Shown in pieces: positions 28,911 through 40,610 of a stretch of DNA of 64,000 nt (position 1 is the stretch's first letter; each line of letters begins with the position of its first letter). The DNA comes from Hyaloraphidium curvatum SAG 235-1 (Eukaryota; Fungi; Monoblepharomycota). Made by a program: the position numbers and the translations under genes. The notes under the pieces were generated by a model. That model saw only the letters and a program-made list of their open reading frames with translations. It had not been told where the DNA came from and made no database searches. Where the stretch lies: positions 124,001 through 188,000 of the forward strand of contig JAIVFI010000039.1 of NCBI GenBank assembly GCA_025558095.1. Direction: 5' to 3'.

Positions 28911-31900
28911 ATGTCACCACATGATCCACCCGATCCCCGGACGTGCGCGGCCATGCCGCCGTCGATCTCGGATCGCGCAGAAGAGCCTGCGCAGGAGCGC
29001 GGTCCCGCGCCGCCGCCCGCGGACGATCGCGCCGCGGCGGCTGCGGGGTGCGGCGGCGGCGGCGCGGGGCCCACCCAGCCAGCGCGCGGACGGCGCATGC
29101 TCATCCAACCGCCCGCGCGCACTGGTGGCGGCCACGGGCACTTGTTCGGCGAGGCTGCGACCGGCAACGGCGGCGCGACCCCCGACCCCGCGCCGGGCCG
29201 CGCGCGCGACGACCGCGACGCGCGCAGCTTCCTCACGCCGAAGCCGCCGTCGCTCAAGCTCCATCTGCGCAAGACCGCCACCGGCTACGAGCACGTGCGG
29301 CGCGAGGCCGGCGGCGCGCGACCGGCGCGGCTTCGCACCCCCCGCCTCCAGGAGCCCCCGATCGACGCCGGCTCGACCCCCTCCCCCGCGCCGCGCAGGC
29401 GCTGGACGGAGCAGGAGGACGACGACTTCGTCGACGAGGATGACTCCCCGCCGGCGCGGAAGCGGCGCCGGACCGTGCGCGCCCCGGCCCCCGAACCCGA
29501 CCCCGCCCCCGCCCCCACCCCCGCTCCCCGTGCCCGCGGCCGCCGGGTGAAGAAGCAGAAGGAGCCGCAACTCCTGCGCTACCTCCGGAAGGCGGGCGAG
29601 AGCGCAGCGGCGGAGAGGCCTGTAGCCGGGGTCGCGGAAGAGGGCGAGGTGGGTCCTCGACGATGCTCGGCCGCCCGCCACCTCTAACGCATCGTTCAGC
29701 ACTCCCATTCCGACGCGACCGCAGGCGCTGATGGCGGGGCTACCGGCGGTGCGTGGGCGTTGTTGACTCCGAGCGCGTCGCTGATCAGGCACTCCGATCA
29801 GGCACCGAACCCCCGGTCGACGACGACCTCCGCCGCACCGCCGAGCTCCTCCAGGAGTTTGTGCGCCGCCGCGTGGTCTTCGACGCCATCCGCTTCGGCC
29901 TGCCCAATGGCCGCGGCCCCGCTGTCGCCGAGCTACTCGAGGCTGGCGAGCTGGCTCCCCTACCGGCCGCAACCCCCGAACACGTCGCGCATCTCGAGAA
30001 ACTCGAGGACGGGTGGACCCGGAAGGCGGCAGAACGCGGCACGCCGGGCAAATGGTCGCTCGGGAACGAGCGCGGGGACGTCTCCAAGCTGGCGACGGCG
30101 GACTGGGGCAAGCTCTGCCTCCTCGCGGACTTTCCCGTGAATGCCGAGGAGCAGTTTGGCGTGGGATCGCGCGGGGTGAAGTACCCTCGAGAGCCAAATG
30201 GACTCCCATACGACGTGTGCCTCACCGGCTTCCAATACCAGAAGATCGCGCCTGCCATCGGCTTCGGGGCCATGTGCCTCGACGGCAAGCCGATCGTCGC
30301 CGACGCGAAGGACAAGAACGGCCCCTTCGACATCACCAACGCGCATGACCTGGAGCTTCTGGATCTCGTCCTCGGGTTCGGGCTTGCGGCCGGCGCGACG
30401 AAGATGCTCGCCTTGTCGGCCATCATGCGCGAGGGTGTCGTCTTTGCGCTGCGCAAGGGGTTTGGCGGCCGCTACGAGGGGGAGACCGAGGTTTCGGCTG
30501 GCGGCGTTCGCTTGCCGCTCCACGTGTTCACGGACCTCAGCGTCGAAGGGCGCAGGGACATCGCGCTTGCGGTCGCCGGCACTCCCCACCTCCAGCTCCT
30601 CATCAACCCGGGGGTCTCGCTCGTGGTCTCGCTGGGCCTCTGTACCGTTGTGAGCGTGACGGGCCGGGGCATGTCGCTCGAGGGTATCATGCGCGTGCTC
30701 TCGGCCGGCTGCGGTCCGTCTCACGAGCAGCTCGTCGAGTTCCTCCGGCTGCTGAAGGAAAGGGCGACGCCGAAGGCCTTGGACGCGCTGAGGAAGGAGC
30801 TGGAGACTGATCCTGGCATGGACGCCCGGCAACAAATCCATTTCTTGTTCTCGCACGCCGGGGGGGTGATGCTGGGCGAGCTCAAGGACGTCGTGCGGTC
30901 CATCGTCGCCAAGCCGGTGCGCCGGCGGCTGTTCGACAAGTCGTACGCGCTCATTGCCGAGAAACCGACCCCGGGGGCGCGCGGCAAGGAGGCGCTCAAG
31001 CAGCTGGAGGGCTTGGGGGAGGACGGCGCGGCGCTCGCGACCAAGCGGTTACGGGATAGCGGCGCGGGGCCCGCGCTCTTTGCGTGCTTGAGCGAGTTCG
31101 AGGGCGGCGAGTGGATCAAGGAGCTGGCGCGCTAGGTCGTCGAGCTGCTGGGCAAGGACGCGGTCGACGAGCTGCGCGAGCCGATCTGGGAGGCGACGAA
31201 GGACATCATGGGCACGGACAAGGGCTCGGAGAGGGCGCGGAAGGAGGCTGTTGCGCGGGTGGTGCGCGAGCGGCTTGGCGCCGAGAAGGCCGCCTCGATC
31301 GCGACGCTGGAGGGCGGCCTTCTCCAGCTGGTTGGGCGCGGGGAGGGCAGCGAGCGGGTCGCGGAGCTCGCCCGCGAGGTCGTCGAGATCCTGGGACCAG
31401 GCCGTCTCTTTGATCTGCGGATCCGCGTCAAGACTGTGCTGGAGGAGGACGGAGTCGACGAGGCCGGGCCCCGCGACCGCCGCGAGGTTGTCTTGGACGA
31501 GGCGGAGAAGCTTTTCGGTCCGGACATGGCGAAGAAGCTGCAGGACCTGGAAGGAGGTGTGCTGCAGGGCCTCGCCGTGGACCAGCAGCCGTCCACCGCC
31601 AAGAAGGAGTGCCCGGTGTGCCAGAAGAAAGTGAGGTTTCTCAAGATGACTTCCGCGTTCACTGATTGGCCGTCTCCCTCTAGGTGGCACACCTCCCGGA
31701 CCACATGAAGTCGCACTCGGACGAGAGGCCCTTCTGCTGCGAACGCTGTGGCACTCGGGTGTGTCTGGTCATCGGAGGATACCGTGTTTTGCTGCTCACA
31801 CGCTCCCAGTTCAAGCGCCAAGGGGATATGAAGAGACACGTCGCTGCCGGGAAGTGCAAGCCGCGCACCACCATGCACAAGGCCCCGCCCGAGCGGTTGT

Positions 31901-32139
31901 TCGCCTGCACGATCTGCGACAAGACTTATACCACGCACGGCAACCTCGTGCGGCACCAGAAGCTGCACACCGGGTCCAAGCCCTACACGTGCGATCTGTG
32001 TTCACTCTCCTTTGCCCGGAACGACCATCTCAAGAGCCACCGAGCCAAGCACTCGATGGGGCTCAACGCGACGACGGAGGAGCCGCCGCGGGAGACGAAC
32101 GAGGACGGGGAGGATTCGCAGACGGATGAGGGATTGTAG
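28911..32139 (+). CDS. Large protein with four C-terminal C2H2-type zinc fingers, interrupted by an in-frame TAG at 31133-31135
   Basis: Fingers CPVC..HMKSH, CERC..RH, CTIC..HQKLH with linker TGSKPY, and CDLC..HRAKH. Introns about 29649-29724, 29749-29788, 31631-31683 and 31759-31809. Basic NLS-like RKRRR. Start codon uncertain. Confidence 0.7.
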
Positions 32140-32417
32140 GGTGGCGCTCCGACTACACCGAAACCCCTCTTCAAATGGCACACATCACCCCAGTCCACGC
32201 TCCACATGCCAGCCAGGATCCGTCCCTCAACCCCGCCCGGCACTTCGCACACCCGGAACCCCCGGAATGCTCGACAAAAAGCAGAGAAAGATTGTAGCAA
32301 AATGGGCATCAACTGCAACTCCCCAAGTTCCAGGGTATCCTCTCTGGCTTAAATCGCGCAAACAGCATAATCATCGACAAAGATCCCACACAACTCACAC
32401 GGTCGCACCCCGGCCGC

Positions 32418-34856
32418 TCACACCGTCGGCGCCCTGGCGGGTTCCCTGGCCCCGTTCAGCAGCCGCTTCCTCCTCTCCCCGCCCATCCCCCCCACGGCCG
32501 CGTACAGGTCCCTTGCCTTGACCGGTTTGGCCAGGTGCGAGTCCATGCCCGCGGCGATGCAGTTGGCGCGGTCGTCGAGCATCGCGTTGGCCGTGAGCGC
32601 GATGATGCTCGGCTGGTCGTGGGCGGGGATCTCGTGCCGGATCCGGCGGGTCGCTTCGAGCCCGTCGAGGATGGGCATTTGGATGTCCTGAACGATCGAC
32701 GTCAGGCCGCGACACCACCCAAAGGAGCCCGAGCCAACCCACCATCAGCACGACGTCGAAGGGCGCCCCCGCCTCGGCCGCCCGCGCCACCTTGTCCACC
32801 GCCTCGACGCCGTTGCTCGCCGTATCGACCCCCTCGCCGCCGTACCCCCCCTTGGACAGCAGCTTGAGGATCAGCTTGACGTTGACCGCGTTGTCCTCCA
32901 CCACCAGGATCTTGGGCGCCTCCCCCGGCCCCGCTTCGGGCGCCCCGTTGGCCCTGCCCGCCGCCTGCGCCCTCGCCCCGGCCAGCGTCCCCGCGATGTC
33001 CAGCCTCGGCGCGGCGGTCCGCGCCGCATGGGCCGCCGCCACGGGGTCCACGTCCATCTCGATCCAGAACTCGGACCCGCGCCCGACGTCGGGCGAATCG
33101 ACCCCGATGCGGCCGCCCAGCAGGCCGATCAGGCGCTTGCTGATGAACAGGCCCAGCCCGGTTCCGCCCACCAGCCGCGCATACGAGGCGTCGCCGGGGG
33201 TGAACTCGGTGAAGAGCACGTGGATCTTGTCGGGGGCGATGCCCATCCCGTCGTCCCGGACCGAGATGCGCAGCGTGTGGGTGGCGGAGGTGTTGATGCT
33301 GTGCCGGCGGGCGCCGGGCAGCGGCGGGGAGGGAAGGGGGCGGGCAAAGCAGCGCGCGGTGACGGTGATGTGGCCGCCAGAGGGGGTGAACTTGCGGCTG
33401 TTGGTGAGGAAGTTGCCCAGGATCTGGCGCAGGCGGAGCTCGTCCGAGATGATGTGTTCGGGCACGTCCGCCGAGCCCGGGACCGAGGGGTCCGCGGGCG
33501 CGATGACCAGGTCCAGGGTGATGCCGAGCTCCGCCGTCTTGGGAGCGTGCAACGCGTGTACGCTGGAGAGGAACTCGCGGGGGGAGAAGGGGTGCAGCTG
33601 GACGTCCATCTTCCCGGCCTCGATCTTGCTCACGTCGATCAGGTCGCCAATGATGTTGGCCAGCGAGTCGCCGGATTCCTTGATCATCGACACCCAGCCG
33701 GCCTCCTCGGGCGTCAGGCCTTTGGCGCCTTCGAGGAGGTTTGAAAAGCCGAGAATCGCTGGAAGCAAAAGGAGAGTCAGTGGATCATTGACACAATCTC
33801 GTCCCGGTAAGCCAATTTAGGCATGTTGGGACACCAACCGGTCAATGGCGTCCGCAATTCGTGAGATATCGTGGCGACAAAGGTGTTTTTCGCCCGGTTG
33901 GCGGCCTCGGCCGAGTCAAGTGCACGCTGCAGTTGCCTCAACGCCCAATACTCTCGCCTGGACGCCACCGCGGCGAAACCAAAAACGCCAGGCCGATCCG
34001 GCGGCTCAGGTAGGTCCATGCAAATGACGATGACGTCGGGAGCGTCCTCCTTCTTCTCCAGGCCTTCGACGATGGGCCGCGGGAACCGCACCGAGCGGTC
34101 GGGCGCCGGCTTCCCCGAGAGCACCTGGCAATTGCGGCCCGGGTCGGCCAGCAGCAGCATGGACTCGAACATGTACGGCCTCATGTCGCGCATCAGGCCG
34201 TAGGACGGGTTGTCGGGCCAAATGGGGCCCTCTTTGAGGCCCGTCCGCGGGTTGGGCTTGTTGTCCTGCGGCGCAGTCGGGTGCAGCCCGGCGGCCTCGA
34301 AGCCCAGTGCCGAGCCGGGGCCCATCTCGGCGGCGATCGCCATGACGCGCTCGACGCCCTCGCGGCCGGCGGCGTTCTGGTCCGAGAGCACAAAGGCGTC
34401 GTCGGGCGGGTCCGCGGCGGGGTCGCCGTCCTCGCCCTCCCGCGGCCAGCCGTTCTCGTCGTGCGGCCGCGGCGCGTCCGGCCTGCCGCGCCACAGCGCG
34501 AGCCGCCGCGAGTACAGCGTGCCCGGCCGCCAGGTGAAGACAAAGTTCGTCGCGGTGCTCGCCTCCTTGAAGAATTTCAGCAGCCGCGCCTCGGCACGCG
34601 CCGCACGCAGCGCCGCCCTCAGTTCCTCGACGGTCTGCGGCTCGCCGTCCCCGCTGGGCGCGCCCGGCGCGGTGGCGGCGAGCGGCCGGTCGCCCCCCGG
34701 AAGCCGCCCCGCCGCCGCACCGCCCGCCGCCGCGCCCGCGTCCGCCGCTCGCCCGCCGTCGGCGCCTCCCATAAGAGAGCTTCCGCCCGGCGCCGTGCCT
34801 ATTTGCGGGCGAAGATGACTTCGAAGCCTATTCAGAGGTCGTTCCTCTCCAGCCAT
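32418..34856 (-). CDS. Hybrid histidine kinase (HisKA + HATPase + receiver), 3 exons
   Basis: SHELRTPLT|AILGF, DELRLRQILGNFLTNSRKFT, DDGMGI, GGTGLGL; receiver motifs ILVVEDN, DVVLM|DIQMP, IIALTANA and HLAKP. Confidence 0.93.
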
Positions 34857-35780
34857 CGACCGCTTGAACCGCCTTGCCCCTCAATCCCCAATCCCCCTCT
34901 GCCCCCTGCCCAGACGGTGTTGCTCCATAGCAATGCCTCGCGGATGGCATGTCCTTTGTTGGGAATCGGCCGCTTTGCCTGCCGAGGTCAACGGCAACTC
35001 AACGCTTACTCACGGAACCTGCATCCTTGTCGGCCGGTCCCTTTCCCTTTCCGAGCGCCCTCCCGTTACGTCCTTCGGGCAAAAGGGGAGCAGAATCAAT
35101 CTTTTGCCCCTATTTCGCCACCGTCCCGGTTTCTCCGCGGCACGATTCAGGTCACACGGCCGGGTTCACGGATTCAACGGCGCCTTTGTCGACCGCGTCC
35201 GACGCCCATCGTGCTCCGAATACCGCCACAACAGCAGTGTCAACAAGGGGGGGTTCTATTCCACCAGATTCTAGACGAATAGCTGCCCCCCGAAGGTCCT
35301 TGGGGGCCGTCCTCATCATTAGCGCCCTGGCCGCCGGCGATCCCCGGTGGCCGACCCTCCTACAAACCGACCTCCGGCCCTCCCAAACGGCCGACTATGA
35401 ACCAGCACCATGCTGTCTCCCCATCCCAAGTTTTCCGGGGAAGTTTGGTGCGGCGTCTCTCCGGTCCGGGAATGACCTTCCCAACAACACTTCCTCCACC
35501 CCGCTTGTACCCCACATCTCCGGCACATTCCGCCCGGGCCGTGGAGAAAAAGGCGGGCGGAGTTCGATAGAATGCGAGGCTGGAAGGGTCCCGGTCTCCG
35601 GGCGTTTCCAGGCGAAGCGAGGCGCGACCGGGATCCGGCTTAGCGGCCGCAGTTGTGGCGGTGCGGGAGGAGAAATTCCTAGCCCATAAAGACCGCCCGC
35701 AAACACGGCCGTTCCTCCAAATCAAACGCGTTCTCCTCCTCTTTGGCCCATCTCTTCCTTCGTCAACCTCTTCCACCGCG

Positions 35781-36719
35781 ATGAACGCGCCCTCCTCGCC
35801 CGAGATGGCCACCGTCTCCCTCGCCGACACCCCTGCCTACCCCACCGTCGCGGAGCCCAAGCTCCCCGTCGCGGCGCCCACCGCCCCCGGCACCCCCTCC
35901 GAGCCCGCCCCCTCGCCGCCCAAGAAGACCTGGGCGCAGCGGCTTGGCTGGACCCGCATCGCGGAGGACGAGGACGGCGTGGACCCGCTCGTGAACTCGT
36001 GGTTCCTCGGACCCAAAGGCGTGCTCGCCACGCGCTCCATCCTCTCGGCGTGGCAGCTCGGCATCCTCATCGCCTGCGTCGTCACGAGCGAGGCACCGAC
36101 GTACTGGTTGACCTACTTCACGAACCAGACGTTCACGGCCCTGACGGCGATTCTGCTGATCGCCACGGGTCTGTCGGCCGCCAAGGTCATCAAGGGCGAC
36201 GCCGCCTTCGCCACCTCCCCCCGGTGGTTCGCCATCGCCATGAAGTTCCTCCTGGCGATCCAGCCGCCCCTGCACCTCGTCGTCACGGTGGCCTACTGGG
36301 CGCTCCTCGCCAAGGGCTTCCAGTTCCTCTCCTTCGCCGAGCACGGGCTGGAGTTCGTCGTCGCCTGCATCGAGTGGTTCCTCTGCAACCGCGTCGTGCT
36401 GACGTACACGCACCTCCTCGTCATCCTGAACGTCGGCCTGCTCTTCATGTTCTTCTCCTGGGTCATCTACGCGACCGTGCCGCCGCCCGGCAGCGACGGC
36501 TCGCAGTCGTCGGGCTTCTGGATCTACGGGTTCCTGGACTGGTCGAACCCCATGAACGCCGTCTACTACGTGCTGATCCTGATCCTGCTGTGCGTCGGCT
36601 ACTTCCTCTTTGCCGTGCTGACGGACAAGGTGCGCGACCCCCTGGGCCGCAAGAGGGCGGCGAGGGCCGTCGCGGCCGCCGCCACGGACTCCGGGGCCGC
36701 CGCGGGCGAGAAGGCGTGA
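35781..36719 (+). CDS. FAR-17a/AIG1-like multi-pass membrane protein, copy A
   Basis: About six TM helices; motifs YFTNQT (Thr), VTVAYW, EHG (His) and WIYGFLDW. Confidence 0.7.
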   Translation: MNAPSSPEMATVSLADTPAYPTVAEPKLPVAAPTAPGTPSEPAPSPPKKTWAQRLGWTRIAEDEDGVDPLVNSWFLGPKGVLATRSILSAWQLGILIACVVTSEAPTYWLTYFTNQTFTALTAILLIATGLSAAKVIKGDAAFATSPRWFAIAMKFLLAIQPPLHLVVTVAYWALLAKGFQFLSFAEHGLEFVVACIEWFLCNRVVLTYTHLLVILNVGLLFMFFSWVIYATVPPPGSDGSQSSGFWIYGFLDWSNPMNAVYYVLILILLCVGYFLFAVLTDKVRDPLGRKRAARAVAAAATDSGAAAGEKA

Positions 36720-36789
36720 GAGAGGGATTCCGTTCCGTGGTATTGAGCCAGCGTGTGGCATGGCATTGAGTCTGATAGATGTTCTCGAA

Positions 36790-37698
36790 TCATCCCGCCC
36801 CCCTCATACCCGTGCCCGCCTGGTCCGGCACCCACAGATCCCCGCGGTATGGGCCCCTCCGGGTGTCCACGAAGCCGACGCAGATCAGCCGGACGCCGGA
36901 AGTGATCGGCCTGCCGGCGTGGAGTAGCTTGGCGTCGTGGACGAGCGCCGAGCCCAGGGCGTTGGAGGCGAGGTAGCCGTCCGGGGATGGCGGAGACTCG
37001 TCTTTGCAATCCACCTTTTGCGTGCTCAGTGTACGACTATCGGAATCCGATTCCTGGGGATCCGTGTCGGCCGTCTGATCCAGTTCGGGGAAGAAGGTGC
37101 CTCCGCCTTCGAACTCCTCCGGCGGGTTCAGCAGAACATTAAACGAGACCAGGCACCCATCCGTGTGCTCCCCCAGCCCTTGTTGACCATCCCTAGCATC
37201 GTACCGCACGACAAACAGGTCCCGGTATTCGAAGTCTGAATGGTGGAACCCGAGCCGTTCTGTCGCGGGCACCAGAACCCGCTCCCGGAGCGTCCGCGCG
37301 ACGAAATCGCGCTCCTCGTCGGCCAATTTAGCCACCGCGACGTCGTAGGTCGGGAACGCGTCGTGCCTCTCGCCCCCGAACCCCGCCCTCTCGCAGGCCC
37401 GCGCGACCCGCTGGCATTCCTCCGCGGTCCACACGTTTGGGATCCTCAGGAGCTTCCGGTGGGGTCCGGAGAGTTTGTAGCGTCTTCGGCGCGCCTCGAC
37501 GCCGCGGAGGTCCGTTCGGGAACCGGAGAGATCCGGGGCCAGGAGGGCGTCGCGGTCCGCGGCCGCGAGGGCGGAAGTTCGGGCATCGCGGAGGCGGGCC
37601 GCGTGGAGCGACGATGCGTCCGATGTAGGGGAAGCGGAAAAGAGCGAGAATGAAGAGGAATCGTCCTCGTCAGGGGCGGACGAGGAGCTCGAGGCCAT
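36790..37698 (-). CDS. 2OG-Fe(II) dioxygenase (prolyl/lysyl hydroxylase-like)
   Basis: Motifs DLFVVRY, HTD (HxD), SFNVLLN, FEGGGTFF and HAGRPITSGVR (distal His and Arg). Confidence 0.88.
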   Translation of the reverse strand: MASSSSSAPDEDDSSSFSLFSASPTSDASSLHAARLRDARTSALAAADRDALLAPDLSGSRTDLRGVEARRRRYKLSGPHRKLLRIPNVWTAEECQRVARACERAGFGGERHDAFPTYDVAVAKLADEERDFVARTLRERVLVPATERLGFHHSDFEYRDLFVVRYDARDGQQGLGEHTDGCLVSFNVLLNPPEEFEGGGTFFPELDQTADTDPQESDSDSRTLSTQKVDCKDESPPSPDGYLASNALGSALVHDAKLLHAGRPITSGVRLICVGFVDTRRGPYRGDLWVPDQAGTGMRGAG

Positions 37699-38643
37699 CT
37701 TTGTTTGTGGCTCTCGTCATCATTCATTCAGGCGGCCGACCGGCGCGGCAGACAACCCCTGTGATCCTGCTTTCCACCCGCAGCCAGCGGCAAAACAAGG
37801 CCAAGATGGTGTGGTCTCGATGAGAGGGAGGCTGCTTGCTCATGAGATCCAGTTGTTGATGACATTGGGTTGATGGGCAAGTGAACTAATTCGTCGATGC
37901 CGAGGTCTCTACTGTAGCAGTGTCGACTGGTCCCTTCCCAGCCGGTTCCCTTGTCCTCCAGCCGGACAAGATGGAACGCTCTCCAGTGGTTCTGCGCTTC
38001 TGATGTGGCTTCTTCGCGGCACGATTCTTGTCGCAGGGCCGCGTTCACTGATTCAATGGGCTTTGTCGACCCAGTCCGACGCCCATCGTGCTCTGAATTC
38101 CTCCACAACAACAGTGTCAATGAGAGTAAGCTCTATGTCATTAAGTTCTGAATGAACAGGCCCCGGGAAAAGGATCCCCTTCGCTTTTCGTGATCGGTTA
38201 TTGGGATCGGAACCCCCCACGAAACAACGCCTACAAACCCGCAAAGCCGCTGATTCCGCATCGTTTACGCTCCAAAATCTCCACGCAAACGCTCCAGTGA
38301 AGTCTGCTGCGCCGTCTCTTCCGGCTGACGATGCCTCCCGGAATCAACGCGCGCCCTGCGCTTACCCCACATCGTCGGGCGCATCCCGGACGGGCCGCGG
38401 AGAAAATGGCGGGCGGAGTTCAGTAGGATGCGAGGCTGGAGGGTCCGGTCTCCGGTGGCGTCTCCGGTGAGGCGTGGACCGGGATCCGGCTTAGCGGCCG
38501 CAGTGTGGCGTTGCGGGAGGAGAAATTCCTAGCCCATAAAGACCGCCCGCAACGCGGCCGTTCCTCCAAATCAAACGCGTTCTCCTCCTCTTTGGCCCAT
38601 CTCTTCCTTCGTCACTCTTCCTTCGTCAACCTCTTCCACCGCG

Positions 38644-39582
38644 ATGAACGCGCACTCCTCGCCCGAGATGGCCACCGTCTCCCTCGCCGACGCCCCTGCC
38701 TACCCCACTGTCGCGGAGCCCAAGCTCCCCGTCGCGGCGCCCACCGCCCCCGGCACCCCCTCCGAGCCCGCCCCCTCGCCGCCCAAGAAGACCTGGGCGC
38801 AGCGGCTTGGCTGGACCCGCATCGCGGAGGACGAGGACGGCGTGGACCCGCTCGTGAACTCGTGGTTCCTCGGACCCAAAGGCGTGCTCGCCACGCGCTC
38901 CATCCTCTCGGCGTGGCAGCTCGGCATCCTCATCGCCTGCGTCGTCACGAGCGAGGCACCGACGTACTGGTTGACCTACTTCACCAACCAGACGTTCACG
39001 GCCCTGACGGCGATTCTGCTGATCGCCACGGGCCTGTCGGCCGCCAAGGTCATCAAGGGCGACGCCGCCTTCGCCACCTCCCCCCGCTGGTTCGCCATCG
39101 CCATGAAGTTCCTCCTGGCGATCCAGCCGCCCCTGCACCTCGTCGTCACGGTGGCCTACTGGGCGCTCCTCGCAAAGGGCTTCCAGTTCCTCTCCTTTGC
39201 CGAGCACGGGCTGGAGTTTGTCGTCGCGTGCATCGAGTGGTTCCTCTGCAACCGCGTCGTCCTGACGTGGACGCACCTGCTCGTCATCCTGAACGTCGGC
39301 CTGCTCTTCATGTTCTTCTCCTGGGTCATCTACGCGACCGTGCCGCCGCCCGGGAGCGACGGCTCGCAGTCGTCGGGCTTCTGGATCTACGGGTTCCTGG
39401 ACTGGTCGAACCCCATGAACGCCGTCTACTACGTGCTGATCCTGATCCTGCTGTGCGTCGGCTACTTCCTCTTTGCCGTGCTGACGGACAAGGTGCGCGA
39501 CCCCCTGGGCCGCAAGAGGGCGGCGAGGGCCGTCGCGGCCGCCGCCACGGACTCCGGGGCCGCCGCGGGCGAGAAGGCGTGA
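38644..39582 (+). CDS. FAR-17a/AIG1-like membrane protein, copy B
   Basis: Differs from copy A by only about three residues (P/H, T/A, Y/W). Confidence 0.7.
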   Translation: MNAHSSPEMATVSLADAPAYPTVAEPKLPVAAPTAPGTPSEPAPSPPKKTWAQRLGWTRIAEDEDGVDPLVNSWFLGPKGVLATRSILSAWQLGILIACVVTSEAPTYWLTYFTNQTFTALTAILLIATGLSAAKVIKGDAAFATSPRWFAIAMKFLLAIQPPLHLVVTVAYWALLAKGFQFLSFAEHGLEFVVACIEWFLCNRVVLTWTHLLVILNVGLLFMFFSWVIYATVPPPGSDGSQSSGFWIYGFLDWSNPMNAVYYVLILILLCVGYFLFAVLTDKVRDPLGRKRAARAVAAAATDSGAAAGEKA

Positions 39583-39652
39583 GAGAGGGATTCCGTTCCG
39601 TGGTATTGAGCCAGCGTGTGGCATGGCATTGAGTCTGATAGATGTTCTCGAA

Positions 39653-40112
39653 TCATCCCGCCCCCCTCATACCCGTGCCCGCCTAGTCCGGCACCCACAG
39701 ATCCCCGCGGTATGGGCCCCTCCGGGTGTCCACGAAGCCGACGCAGATCAGCCGGACGCCGGAAGTGATCGGCCTGCCGGCGTGGAGTAGCTTGGCGTCG
39801 TGGACGAGCGCCGAGCCCAGGGCGTTGGAGGCGAGGTAGCCGTCCGGGGATGGCGGGGCCTCGTCTTTGCAATCCACCTGCGTGCTCAGTGTACGACTAT
39901 CGGAATCCGATTCCTGGGGATCCGTGTCGGCCGTCTGATCCAGTTCGGGGAAGAAGGTGCCTCCGCCTTCGAACTCCTCCGGCGGGTTCAGCAGAACATT
40001 AAACGAGACCAGGCACCCGTCCGTGTGCTCCCCCAGCCCTTGTTGACCATCCCTAGCGTCGTACCGTACGACAAACAGGTCCCTGTATTCTAGGTCCGAA
40101 TGGTGGAACCCG
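39653..40112 (-). pseudogene. 5'-truncated copy of the 2OG-Fe(II) dioxygenase
   Basis: Lacks the N-terminal half. Has a CAG>TAG stop at 39683-39685 and a one-codon deletion relative to the copy at 36790-37698. Confidence 0.85.
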
Positions 40113-40152
40113 GAAGAGTGAAACCAACTTGAATCCTCGCGAGGCACGTAGT

Positions 40153-40431
40153 TCAGCCCTTGCCGAAATCGCCACCCGACCCCAACTCCGCCCTCTTCTT
40201 CTCAATCTCAAGTTCCAGAGCATGTAGTTCCTGCTGGCGTTTGGTCCAGCTCGCCATGCAGGTCCGGAAGCGCTCCATCTCCATGCGACACGCGCGCCAG
40301 TCGCGTCCCTTGTCGGCGTAGCAGAGCTGCAGCGCCTCGTTCTCGGCGTAGCAGCCCGTGCGGAGGATAGCGGACGTGTATGCGTCGGGTTCGTCGTCTC
40401 CGGCCGCCGCCGCAGGCTTGGAATCGGCCAT
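40153..40431 (-). CDS. COA4: Twin CX9C-type CHCH cytochrome c oxidase assembly factor
   Basis: TGCYAENEALQLC...DWRACRMEMERFRTC. Confidence 0.8.
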   Translation of the reverse strand: MADSKPAAAAGDDEPDAYTSAILRTGCYAENEALQLCYADKGRDWRACRMEMERFRTCMASWTKRQQELHALELEIEKKRAELGSGGDFGKG

Positions 40432-40610
40432 CGCGTTCGCGGTGATTGACAGGCTGATTGGATGTGACCGCGTCGTTCTTCCCCCCCGACTCACACTTGG
40501 CCGAGACGGAGAAGAAGGAGCGTTGCAAACATCAAGCATCTTTCACCAATTCAGTTGGCCTTCTAGTGCGCAATCCATCCAGCCAACAGCGACGTGGACT
40601 CCTGCCGCGC

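Larger units (their letters stand above)
34950..40112. repeat. Tandem segmental duplication, period about 2.9 kb (about 34950-37252 vs about 37860-40112)
   Basis: Near-identical from about 35620/38475 to the breakpoint tggtggaacccg (37241-37252 and 40101-40112). Weaker but clear homology upstream, for example cgcggcacgattc and gtccgacgcccatcgtgctc in both copies. Confidence 0.9.

Noticed and set aside
35247-35265. tRNA T-loop/B-box-like gggttctattcc
   Set aside because: No cloverleaf or A-box could be built, and the motif is not kept in the duplicated copy.
37728-38244. Short ORFs in the diverged part of the duplication
   Set aside because: The reading frames are not conserved between the two copies because of indels, so they are probably non-coding.
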